From Octopus vulgaris (lineage: Eukaryota), in NCBI GenBank assembly GCA_951406725.2, contig OX597816.1:69192001-69256000 (forward strand): DNA of 64,000 bases, given 5' to 3'. Of this stretch, positions 41,704-56,276 are shown piece after piece. The position numbers and the translations under genes were made by a program. Each line of letters begins with the position of its first letter. Positions within the stretch are counted from its first letter, which is position 1. The notes beneath the pieces were generated by a model. That model saw nothing but the letters and a program-made list of their open reading frames with translations, was not told the origin of the DNA and made no database searches.

Positions 41704-44700
41704 CTACGAAGTCTCTGTTAGGACATGATGTGATATGAACACACCTTTCCGATTTCATAAACAGGTGTCGAAAATTAGGAATACGTTGCTTTGTGTTCTA
41801 CCTGTACGTATATTATAAAGGCAAGCGCTATTGATGCAGCATGGCCTAATGTTTGACAAGGTTGCTTTGCAAACATGAAGTCTTTAGCTTTGATTCTACT
41901 GCTTTAGATCTTACGTCCCTCCTTCCATTTTCATGGGTCAGCCTATGGAAATGGGCAGACGAAAAGTTGATTGGAAGCACGTCGGAACGACTGTTTATCT
42001 AATTTAAATGTAGAGAGCTCTCACGTACTTTACCAATTAGATTCTGTAAATTAAGTTAAGGGTACCCATGTCTGTGGAATACTCAACCACTTATACACCA
42101 TTTCAATGAGGAAATATTTCGGGTGATCAAACAACTGAATCATCATCCTCGAAACCTTCGGAGATCCAAATTTGCAGTCATTAAATTCTAAAATCTTTTA
42201 GGTAAGTTTAACTTCACCAAAGAATCTCTGAAGTGCGTTGTTAGAATTGATCTCTCTCTCTCTCTCTCTTTCTCTCTCTCCCTCTCTCTCTCTTTCTCTC
42301 TCTGCATGTATATAGATATTAAAACTAGAACATCCAGAAACGTTAATGAAAGGCGAAGCATCGATGCATCGTAGTCGGAAATGACTGAACATATGCATGG
42401 TACAAAACAGCGTGCTACTAACAGCATTGGAGTGAAATATTCCATAATTGATTGCGATTCACCGTTTGAAACTTCGAATAAATAATCTTGAAAGAAGCAA
42501 CACATATATTTACCTCCAATTCAATCCATGATATCGGTTTTGATGTCAGCTGTTATCAACTTCATGTGATTGCATTCGTTGTAAGACAAATTTAAATAAT
42601 CCAAAAATGTAATATTATTTATACATAAATGGATAATTATATGATTAACCTTACTTTCAAAATAACAGCTTCTCTGCCTAGTTTGCATCATCTGTGGCAC
42701 GAAGTAGATTTCTAGAAATGTGGATAAATATCTAAGATCAAACTAATCGAAACGTACACTGTAAAAATAAATATTTTACCTCTGAAGATACGTTGGATTA
42801 TCTGAAAAGCAATTATAACGGAAATGTAATTTATTTATTCATTTATTTATCAGATGTTGCTTTGGTTAAGCCTCAGTTTAGATCCAGTCGAGTGGACATG
42901 TGCTGAAATGAGTTCACGCTTTGAAAATACTGTCTTTTTCCAAAATACATGGGCACTTGGTGTGCTTCAGTTCCTTATCCTTTCCTAACACTGTAGAATG
43001 AGGAATAAGTGAGATTTGGCTGTTGTTTCGAGTAGAACGAGTGACTACGTAGAGGCTTTGTCATTAATTATTGTTTGTTATTTGCGTAGGCATATGTCAG
43101 CTGCGATTGAGTACGCGAAGGCTACACCTGTAGTTGACCTAACATAATATTTAACTTTATGGTTGTCCGTAAGTTTCGGTGCCTTGGAGTGTATAGAAAA
43201 GTACAAAGCTTCTGGCAAGTTGTAATTATCAACGAGAGATCCTCATCTGGTTTCTCAATCGCTGTATTTAACACGAAAGGAAGTGATATATTATTATCTG
43301 TCATTAGCAAGAAAGAATGGAGAAACATTCTTTCCGGTGCAACTATCTGAATGTGTAATATGACAAATTTTACGAAATTTGTTTCGCAAATATAACATTC
43401 TGGTTTCGATTCCACTGCATGATATCCTATGAAGGTGAAACATTTCTGTAAAATAAAGTCATCTCATATCTTATTGAATTTAGGAAGAAATCCGTCGTAT
43501 ATACTGTATTTCCATTTTAATTGTCAGGCATGCCGCGCCACGCCAATAACATTAATTACTTTACATTATCAGAATTACTGTTAGGGAAATATTCAACCAC
43601 TTTTACGCTAATTCACTGAACCTGGTACTTCAGGTGAGCCTAAAACAAAATATTCGTGGTCTAAAATTTAGATTCCCTTTTGCGCATGAGTACTAAAGCT
43701 TTTGTAGTTTCTATAGTTCTCTCAAAAAAAAAACGACAAAATCGGAAACTGAAACAGAATTAGAGAAAAGCAGTGATTAAACAGCAGATGCTGAGATATA
43801 CATCTCCTAACTATACGAGTTCATCTTCATTATATTTACTATCAATTCTAAAGATAACTACAGAGAACTCACACAACATGATATAATGAGAAACAAAACC
43901 AAAATAAAACACACGACATATAAAACGGAGATGCAAGACCACACAAAAGAAACTAAAAAAACCTGATAACATGAACATGGAATTTCTTCATCGCTTTCTA
44001 ATTTCTATCTAATTTAGATGTGTTATCTCTGTCCCAATTACATTGTTTGCCCGCCAGCTATAATTAGGCAAATGATGTGTTTGTCACGCTGTGCAATTCC
44101 TTTTTGTATTTCTTTTAGAGCCTTTCACATCTAAAATAACTAACTGCTTTCTACATCTCTTCTATTATTACATCATTTTCTCTCTAATCCCACTTTCACA
44201 ATGCAGCTTCTAACGGATAAAAGTGTATATCACCGAATAAGCATGTTGCAAATGGACATATGTTCATGCATGTGATTGCATTAGCATACTCAGAGTTCTT
44301 CATTTATAGATGCATGTGTGTATACGTAGGTAAAAACATATGCGTAAATAGATACATACTTACCTCTTGTTAAAACCTTACATGTATAAAAGAAATCTTG
44401 CTTGAGTATAAGCGCACTGAAACACACAAATACACGAAATGTGCTTATACTTGGGTGTCATCTTGAATGTAATTATATGTGAATGTAATTATGTGTGTTT
44501 GTGCGTGTGCTTGCATGAGCTTGTATGTGTGTGTATATAAGTATGTATATATGTATGTATGCATATCATAGTTACTCATACATGCACGCATGTACGCATA
44601 CATACACATATGCACCTATGTATGTATAAATAATATATTTACAAACATACACAACCACACACGCATATACACATACATACACACACATATATGAATATAT

Positions 44701-44840
44701 ATATTTTTATAACTACAAATATAAATATATATGTATATATATATATATACACATATATATATATATATATATATATGTACATGCATATACATACATATAT
44801 TCACACATATATATATATAAATACATATACATATATGTTC

Positions 44841-44873
<33 letters not shown>

Positions 44874-45267
44874 CGCACGCACATATCCCATGTGGAAAAA
44901 AGCATTAACTTACATATTAGTTCGCTTGTATTATGAAATATTCTAACAAGAAGCGAATGATAAAATAAAATAGTTATAACGTGTATCACCCACTCACGCT
45001 CTCTCTTTTCAATTATGCTTCTTTAATATCGTGCATAAAATTTCTAGCCATTTGTTTTGTTTTGTTGTTTTTTTGTTATTTCTCCATGTCTTGAAGAAGA
45101 AATTTTTCCTAGCAACGTTGAAAGATTTCCTATTCTTCGTACACAGTGACTACGCTTCTAAGATTCTATGCTTTCCGTTTGTCAAGACAATCTCCACTGC
45201 TTTCTCTCACTCTTTATTTTACCCCCAGTTTACATTATTTTCTTCATGTACGTGTATGTGTGTGTGT

Positions 45268-45322
<55 letters not shown>

Positions 45323-45358
45323 AAATGTATGTGTATTATATTGGAATCGGAGTGTTAG

Positions 45359-45394
<36 letters not shown>

Positions 45395-45617
45395 AAATGG
45401 GACAAGAACCAAAACATCCAAATAGAGGATACAAAAACACGGACGGGTCATTCGAAGCCTTTAATTTTCAGTCAAGAACCGGATCAACTTCGCAATTTCG
45501 GCTGAGAAATCTTGAGATTGCTCCAATCTGGCCAGCCCCAAGGAAAAACTAAGCTAAGAGCATTAGATTCCTCGGAAAAAGGATCGAATGTATACGAAAC
45601 AAGAACAGAAAAACGGA

Positions 45618-45666
<49 letters not shown>

Positions 45667-46511
45667 GAGAGAGAGAGAGAATATATATATATAGGGTAGA
45701 AAAATTAGGGAAATTTTCTACCAGTCGCTAGCATGCATAAAAGAGTCAATAAAATTAGTGTATATATGTGCACTAATTTTATATGAAATATATATAATGC
45801 AACAGTTTAGAATATGGATTCAGCATACATACGCATACACACACATATATCTGTTTGAGTATGCCTGAGTGTGTGTATGTATGCGAATATTATGTGCGTG
45901 CATGTCTGTGTCTGTGTGCAGGTGTGTGTGTGTGCGTGCGTGTGTGTATACAAGTTGTAATTTACATTTAGCGGTTCCCCGAAAGATTTATCAATGAATA
46001 TACTTTCGGTATTTCGACTGAATGTTAGCTCGGGGTATAGAGAATAAGTGGCTCTGTATATCACTGGTATCTACACCTCTAACATGCGATCCTCGCTACA
46101 AATCATCTCCATGCCACAAATGCCGCATAATATTCTATCCGACGCTTTAATGATCCGTCAATGCGACAACGTGAGAGTCTTACATTATCTGAAACAACAG
46201 ATCTGATATCCACTTAGCAAACAGTGGTTCAGTGTTAACCTGCGTTCTGCATTTCAAGCAGTAGCAGGAATTGTTCATTTATAAAGTCGGCTGATAATAT
46301 AACACCGAGTGTCTATTTATTGCATTTTTGTAGTCCAAAACTAAGTGTAGCACTTTAGTGTGTGCGTGTGTGTATGTGTATGCATATGTATGTGTGTGTG
46401 TATATATATAGTTAATCCAAATATGAAAACACAAAGAGAAAACACAACAACGCGAGGACGTGGAACAAATATAGTATTATTGGACGCTCAGGAAGGAAGG
46501 GAAGAAGGAGG

Positions 46512-46546
46512 GCTTTATGTTTCGAGCGGAGCTCTTCGTCAGAAAC
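46512..46546 (-). ncRNA. Minimal type I hammerhead motif inside a 235-bp insert between (TA)n tracts
   Basis: GUUU-CUGACGA-A-GAGCuccGCUC-GAAA-CA-UA^AAGC; stem III would be the palindrome ACGU before one CpG transition. Confidence 0.65.
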
Positions 46547-46626
46547 ATAGGAAAAGGAAAGATCCAGAGAAGGGAAGACAGAGGAAAAAAATCGCCACCG
46601 GTACACTTGCGGTTACATTTTGAATG

Positions 46627-46691
<65 letters not shown>

Positions 46692-46959
46692 TAAAATCTG
46701 ATGGGTACATTGTAACCGTTTTGTTTTTAATTTCGTGCATGCGCATTGTTTGTTTTTGATTTTGTCGACTACTCAGTATAGTACGGTCGGCTAGGCACAT
46801 TTTGTGAGAAACACAACACCATATCGCTTTTCACTCTGCTAGAGATTTGAAAACACGATGTTGTACTGCTTCGCATTCCTGCCGGAAGCAAGATATGTAA
46901 AAAAAAAGAAAAAGAAATCAGAACCAGAAGTAATTTTACATTGATAAATATAGTTACTA

Positions 46960-47735
46960 GTCTGCTTATGAAACGAATATGATTCGAATTTATATCAGAA
47001 AGTATTAGCAATTTGATTTGGAATGGAATATTCTATCTAGATCTTTCCCATAAGATAAAGGTAAATCTTTATGTCCGCTCTATAACGAAGAACAATTCCT
47101 TATCCCATTCTTGGATAATTCTCTTGTAAACAGGTTTACAGTACGCGTTTAACGTTGCAACTATTGGCAAAACATACTTTTAGTTCCCATCAGTAATTTC
47201 TACGAATCTATAAAATTCAACCTTTAAATGTCTTCTTACATTTCATCTCCACTAAATATATCTATTTCCATGCTTTTAAGCTTTATTCTCATTCATCTAT
47301 CATACTATATTTCCCCACTCTTAATTTTCTGTTAATTTCTTTCTTTCTCCTTCTCTTTCTCTAAATTGCCTTTGATGTTAAATCTATTAACGGCTTTTAA
47401 AAAATTGCCAGCATTCCCCTTGATCATATACGTGGTTATCACATTCGGTTAAAATAGCTTATTGAAGTGTTTTGTTTCTTTTTTCACCGACGAAATGATC
47501 ATCATTTTATTCCCCCCGGAACAATATCAATGTTTTCTTCGAAAAATATTGCGTAAGTATAAGGATTTTAATACCACCTGCATTTGAATCCCTTTCTTAA
47601 TTTATCTATGTCATACAAAAACATTTCATTTAACCTGGAATTTCTACCTTTATTAGCAGGCTTTAATATCCTCTGAACTTATGGAACTTCTGCTAACCTG
47701 GTAACTATTTTCTCCGTGTTACTTCTACACATTGA
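46960..47735 (+). mobile_element. Penelope-like element 3' fragment (end of endonuclease plus pseudo-LTR)
   Basis: Colinear with 49070-49768 (FDLEW.ILSRS...CPL.NEEQF); decayed HHR CCGACGA...GAAA-AATATT at about 47487-47555. Confidence 0.8.
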
Positions 47736-47769
47736 AAAATACACACACACACACGCATATATATGTGTT

Positions 47770-47803
<34 letters not shown>

Positions 47804-47839
47804 TGTGTATGTATAGGTGTATATATATATATATGTATG

Positions 47840-49873
<2,034 letters not shown>

Positions 49874-49951
49874 TGTGTAGAGAGAGAGAGAGAGTGGGAG
49901 GGGAGAGAAGCATATATATCTATGTATATTTTGCCGATATAGTTATGTGTG

Positions 49952-49987
<36 letters not shown>

Positions 49988-49990
<3 letters not shown>

Positions 49991-50250
49991 GCTCTAGCAG
50001 ATAGATTCAGACCAGTCTTAAGCAACTGACAGTCGGTTTAACATATCATTTTTTGGCAAAACTTGTTTGCCTGAAAATCTGATTCTCCTTTTTATTTTTC
50101 AGGTAATTAATGAACTGTTTCGACAACAAACTTGTGACCAACACAATAGTTCTGCCATCTTTGTTTTGGCGCGCGCCGGATACACTGCCAATAAAATCGT
50201 TAGGTCGACGAAACTTCCAAATGCAACACTTCATAATGTGTATAAACAAT
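49988..50250 (+). mobile_element. Possible Tc1-like left end with transposase HTH
   Basis: TA-CAGG start; SAIFVLARAGYTANKIVRSTKLPNATLHNVYKQF. Confidence 0.45.
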
Positions 50251-50304
50251 TTATATTTATTTATATATATATATATATACATATATACATGTATATATTT
50301 ATAT

Positions 50305-50515
50305 ACTCTTTTACTGTTATACTAGTTTCAGTCATTTGAATGCACCCATGCTAGAGCACCGACTTTAGTCGAGCAAATCGACCCCAGGACTTATTCTTTG
50401 TAAGCCTAGTACTTACTTTGCATTTGCCGAAACGTTAGGTTACGGGAACGCAAACACACCACCATCGGTTGTCAAGCGATGTTGGGGGACAAACACAGGC
50501 ACACAAACATATACG
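50305..50515 (-). mobile_element. SINE family A, 3' half
   Basis: TTTAGTCGAGCAAATCGACCCCAGGACTTATTCTTTGTAAGCCTAGTAC. Confidence 0.85.
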
Positions 50516-50644
50516 CACAGATACATATATACATTTATATATATATATGTACACACACACGCACATATATATATATGTGTGTGTGTGTTTGTGCGCGCGT
50601 CTGCGTTCGTGTGTGTATGTGCAGGGTTTTGCAGACTAAATGTG

Positions 50645-50718
<74 letters not shown>

Positions 50719-51479
50719 TGCATACACACATGTTTTAATGTATCGCTAAGGCATAGTAATACTTATAATCTGATGCTAGGACTCCATTTACTTATGTTTT
50801 AGAATCAGCGTTAGTTGGGTACAGAGCCCAATATGAATTTAGATAAATGACAATGGAACAGCAACCTAAGTTTTGAACATCATTAGTTTCAGCTGTTGAA
50901 GTTCATCGAATAATATCCTGTATTTGTATCATCTATTCAAATTCACACGCAGAGACACTGACACATACTTTCTCTCTCTCTCTCTCTCCCTCTCTCTCTC
51001 CCTCTCACGCCTAATCATATATATGACGTTTATGTAGATGTTAATAGATTAGACACGAGTTTCGTTCGATTATTTGCTATTCGTTACATAAAAGAAATAA
51101 AATCTTCATGTAAGTTCAATTAGAACACTTATAGTTATCATGACTGATTACTTTTTATGACATAACTAATTTTTTCTTCCTTGGAAGTCATAATCGTAGT
51201 AATTTAGATTTTTTTCTCAGGACATTAAGAGCTATTCCATTATTCTCTTAACAATCACCGAGTGCATATGTCGATACGTATTAACGTTAGATTTGAATTT
51301 AGATTCTGAGTTCAATAGCAGATGAAAGCCGTAAGACTGGCAACTGTTGCAGATAAACTGGGGCGTTTGATATAAACCTAAAAACACTTTTCAAACTCTA
51401 ACAAATAAGTTAATCATACTAAACGTTAGAATCGAATGAAACATAATTAAAATATGGCTATGTTAATATACAGTCATAT

Positions 51480-52145
51480 CCGTGTAGTTAAAAACTTGCT
51501 TTAAAACCTCGTGATTTCCGGTCTAGTCCCAATGCTCGGCATTAGGCAGTGAATTTGGCAGATAGAAATTTGCGAAAAGCTGCACATATATACGTATGCA
51601 TGTATGTATGCACGTATGCATACAAGTGTGTATGACTTTGTGTATCTTCCCGCCCCCGCTTCACAACCGATGTTGATTTGTTTCATTACTCATATTTACA
51701 TAATAGAATAGACACCAATCAGAAAAAAGTAATTACTGGGATCTCTTTGTTCGGTTAAATCCTTGGAAGCGATGTTCCAGCATGGTCGCAGTCCTGTGGT
51801 TTCCGGTCTAGTCCCAATGCAAGGTAAATTGGGTGTGTGCCTTTAAACGAGGCCCCAGTATGTGCCTTGGGAGTGCACTTCGTTATCCGCAACATGTAGA
51901 AGGTGGCACATATATATGTAAGCATGTATGTATGCGCGTATGCACGGAAATGCATATGGTTTTGTTTCTTCCCGCCCACCGCTTCACCATCAAAATTGAT
52001 TTTTTTATATACCCGTAATGTACCTGATAAAATAAGCACCAGTCAGAATAAAAAGTAAATATTTGGGTCAATTTGTTCGTCTGAAACCTTGTAGGTGGTT
52101 TTCCTGCATGGCCACAGTACAGTGACTGAAACACATAAAAGTTAA
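51480..52145 (+). mobile_element. Two tandem decayed family A-like SINEs
   Basis: TTTCCGGTCTAGTCCCAATGC and CTTCCCGCCC.CGCTTCAC each occur twice, about 285-320 bp apart. Confidence 0.6.
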
Positions 52146-52601
52146 AACAATAAATTAACCTGTGTTGCCTTCAATTCAGTTTTTATGATACATAGCATCA
52201 TTCTGTATAGTAATGACAAAGGCAGATAATAAAATTACGTCCATGTAATCAGCAGTTAGACCTTAATCCAAGTCAGGAAATAAAATCCCCATTAACTTCT
52301 AAAGAGAACAGGCAAAGCTCTCCTAAATCATACCTAATGTACTGATTAATGCGTTAGATGGGTGTTGTGGAAGGAGCAAAAACTCCCGGAATATGGCATA
52401 TAAGCCCATTATCCATTTCTTCGTCTTAGGAAGGAGTGGCTGTGTGGTAAGGAGCTTGCTTACGAACCACAAGGCTCCAGATTCTGTGCCACTGCGTGAC
52501 ACCTTGGGCAAGTGTCTTCTACTATAGCCTCGGGCCGATCAAAGCCTTGTGAATGGATTTGGTAGACGGAAACTGAAAGAAGCCTGTCGTATATATATGT
52601 G

Positions 52602-52658
<57 letters not shown>

Positions 52659-52663
<5 letters not shown>

Positions 52664-53611
52664 CAAAGCAATTAAGATTCAAGTAAATTCCAATGAATTT
52701 ACTTGAATGTGGTACTTAACGTAGATGCACCAGAAAAACTATATGGTGTTAACCATACAGTAATGTGGGGTGATTATAAACGAGAAAGAAGCAACAAGAA
52801 TGGATTAGTTTTTAGTACAATTGTTTCATACAAAGACAGGCTTTATTACAAGTTGCAAAAATTGCAGCAGATAAAAGTGTCCCGTACTCATCAGCTAAAA
52901 TACATATGAGTTCTCCAAACATCTTAGTGGGTGAGGTTATACTCATGAAATATTGGAGATAATTCCATTAAAGGCAGATATAGGTTGCAAACAGATTTCC
53001 AAAGTTCCTTAATGATGATGCACAGTCTTATCACAGATTTTAAAAAAGCTTATTAGTTTCAAAGAGAAGCAGTTTTGCACGGAGAGCAGTAATGTGGCGA
53101 ATTACCTTATCATATAGCATGAAATGATTGTGGATTAACAATGGTTAAATTCATCGTCTGTGAGTATGAAATTCCTCCTCATATCGCTGGAAATTTAAAT
53201 CTTCACTACGGATTAATTCACCTTTTCTGTGAAGCTAATAAGCTTTTAAAAACCTGTGATAAGTCTGTGCATCATTCTCCTCATATCTCTGGAAATTTAA
53301 ATCTACACTACGGATTAATTCATCTTCTCTTTGAAACAAATAAGCTTTTTAAAAATCTGTGATAAGACTGTGCATCATCATTAAGGAACTTTGGAAATCT
53401 GTTTGCAACCTATATCTGCCTTTAATGGAATTATCTCCAATATTTCATGAGTATAACCTCACCCACAAAGATGTTTGGAGAACTCATATGTATTTTAGCT
53501 GATGAGTACGGGACACTTTTATCTGCTGCAATTTTTGCAATTTGTAATAAAGCATGTCTTTGTATGAAACAATTGTACTAAAAACTAATCCATTCTTGTT
53601 GCTTCTTTCTC

Positions 53612-53613
<2 letters not shown>
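52659..53613. mobile_element. (TA)n-embedded fold-back cassette: 120-bp leader, 290-bp inverted arms, 254-bp spacer
   Basis: Arms 52780-53069 and 53324-53613 with about 4 mismatches; 102-bp tandem duplication at 53175-53378; 14-bp hairpin in the leader. Confidence 0.92.
53493..53583 (+). ncRNA. Type I hammerhead ribozyme, intact core; mirror copy on - strand at 52810-52900
   Basis: UUUUAG-CUGAUGA-GUACGGGACA...UGUCUUUGUAU-GAAA-CAAUUG-UA^CUAAAA; palindromic stem III, 60-nt stem II. Confidence 0.88.
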
Positions 53614-53665
<52 letters not shown>

Positions 53666-54138
53666 ATGTTTGTATGTCTGTGTTTGTCCCCCACACACCC
53701 CAACATCGCTTGACAACCGACGCTGTTGTGTTTACGTCCCCGTAACTTAGCAGTTCGGCAAAACAGAACGATAGAATAAGTACTAGGGTTACAAAGAATA
53801 AGTCCTGGGGTCGGTTTGCTCGACCAAAGGCGGTGCTCCAGCATGGCCACAGTCACATGATTGAAACAAGTAAAAGAGTAAAATAGTATAAGAGTGATGA
53901 CCGATACACGTGATTTTAGGGCAATGCTTACACAGTGGTACACGGTAATGGTTTCTGAAATATACTTTGCAACATATTATAGTTGAATAACGAAAGACCG
54001 CTTCCCTACAAGTCATTAATACTTATGTACCAGCTTCCATGAATGTCTTTAATATGTAAATTGGTATATCCAGTAAAGTTACACCACTGCTTCTAATCAT
54101 TATTTAAGCAATAAGTTCGCGCATGATTAATGGGATAG

Positions 54139-54190
54139 ATCAATACTGATGACGGAGCAAAAACGCTCGAAGTATGGCATATACGCCCAT
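54139..54190 (+). ncRNA. Decayed type I hammerhead motif; sister copy at 52358-52409
   Basis: CUGAUGA-CG-GAGCaaaaacGCUC-GAAG-UAUGGCAUA-UA-CGCCCAU; the sister copy retains stem I AUGGGUG. Confidence 0.55.
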
Positions 54191-55092
54191 TATCCAATTT
54201 TTTATCTTCGGTCTCAGTGCTTCTGTACATCTATCGTCTCGGATACGAAACGACGTAACAAGATCAGTGCTGGCTATAATTTCTAGAGGAAAATGTCTAG
54301 AGATGACCTTAACACGTGATTTGTTCACCTACATTCCACTCTGTTTGCTACTCAATTCGTTTATGTACATTTTAATGTGTCTACTACTCACTTCAGTCAA
54401 TCAACTGCGTTAGCCATTTTTCGTTTCTGTCGCATATCAAGTTTCTCTTAAAACAATTCGATAATTATCGCAAAAATTCATGGTATATCAATAAATTGTA
54501 TCTCTATTCAGTGGAATTTAGTGAAAGAGTAGAGTTTATCCAGAAATGTATAGATACAAGCATACATGTCGCCTCCCCATACATACGTACATGTATAAAT
54601 GTATTTGTGCACGTTTTATATATGTATATTTATGTATGTATAAAAATATATATGTAATTATGTATGTATAAAATTAACGTACGTGTATTTATGCGTGTGA
54701 GTCTGTGCCTGTGTGTTTAATTCACGAATCGTAATTGCAACCCTGTTTGATTTTGCATCAGCAGGTACAATATGTTGGCCGATACCTTCAGACTGGGATC
54801 GGTGATTTGGAAACACCGAAGAAGCATTCACCAAGCATTCTCTTTATCGTTATTGTAAGGAAGAATGACAAAGTCGATCTCAGCAGGATTTGAACTGAGA
54901 TCGAAAAGGAACGTAAGAAGTATCATAATGTATTGAACACATATTTCTAACAATTTTTGGCAACTGATCAGCTTATACACATACACACCGCGTCCACATA
55001 TTCATATTCACAAGAAAGAATAAATATATATGCATGTACGCAATACATAGATATGTACAAATGATTTTAGGCATGCATAATTAAATAGATAG

Positions 55093-55129
<37 letters not shown>

Positions 55130-55186
55130 TGAGACAGATAGATATTTGCATGTATTAACACGTGTATATATATATATACACATACG

Positions 55187-55249
<63 letters not shown>

Positions 55250-56221
55250 ATTTGTATACTTATATATGTGTGCATATGCTCGTATATTAATGTATGGCGT
55301 ATTATACAAAAGAGAGAAAGACATGAAGCAAAGGCTTATGAGATCAATATAATATCGTACATATCTGATTTTTCTTTTCGATTACATTACTATTTTTAGA
55401 AATGATATTTCATATTGACACGCAGTGAAGCAGTCTAGAGAGGAGAAAGAGAGAAAGAAAGGCAAGGTGGGGAGAAGAAATATGGAGAAAAACTAGCGGG
55501 CGATGGAAATAGAAATTTTAGTGTAGAAAATTACAGTAGCATCCAAGAAATTATTTGTGATCTATGCTTCTGGCCCAATGGCCATTTCTGTAAAACTAAA
55601 GAGAAAAATAAATAAATGAATAAATAAAATCAGCCAAACACGAGAAAAATACTGAAAACATAAACCAGAATACATGTGATATTTGCATAAAGATGACAGC
55701 AATCTTTGAGAATAAGAATACATAACGCATATAATAGAATGTTGGCATAGAATTTCCTTTTCGAAAATTTCAGCTGCTAAATGTCGGGTGCAAATCAAAA
55801 AATAATGCTTCCATATTACTACCACATATACAAAATGTGGCATTTAATGTAGAACACAAGACAATTGATAGAGAAGCAGAAATGCTCTTGTTCGATGCAA
55901 TTAAAATGACATTATCACTATAGAACTATAAATGCTCCGGGCTATTTTTATTTAATAAAATAGTTTTCTTTAGTTTTAGTTTATATTACATCCGGTACAT
56001 TTATTTTGTTTCTCCCATTCTGTTTTTGTTCCTCTTCCTTTCTATCATCGCCAACTCATTCTATTGTTCTTTCTTTCTATCCTCTATAATTATTTCTATT
56101 TATTATTCTTCCTGCTTTCTGTGGGCAGAATTCCCAAGATCAATATTCAAATGTGCATGATATCAGCGCGCTACATGCTGATGCAGTAATATTCATCCAG
56201 TTATTAGATTTCGGTCGTGCC

Positions 56222-56275
<54 letters not shown>

Positions 56276-56276
<1 letters not shown>

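Larger units (their letters stand above)
52432..53885 (+). mobile_element. SINE family A split at its internal (TA)n by a 955-bp insert
   Basis: Head 52432-52590, (TA)n, insert, (TA)n(TG)n, tail 53675-53885. Confidence 0.9.

Noticed and set aside
45440-45545. Minus-strand GGCUG...CAGCC-GAAA and CUGAAAA
   Set aside because: No CUGANGA adjacent to stem II and no consistent stem I.
56153-56275. N-terminus of the 298-aa ORF
   Set aside because: Flanking DNA and (TATC)n read-through fused in frame to the truncated LINE ORF2.
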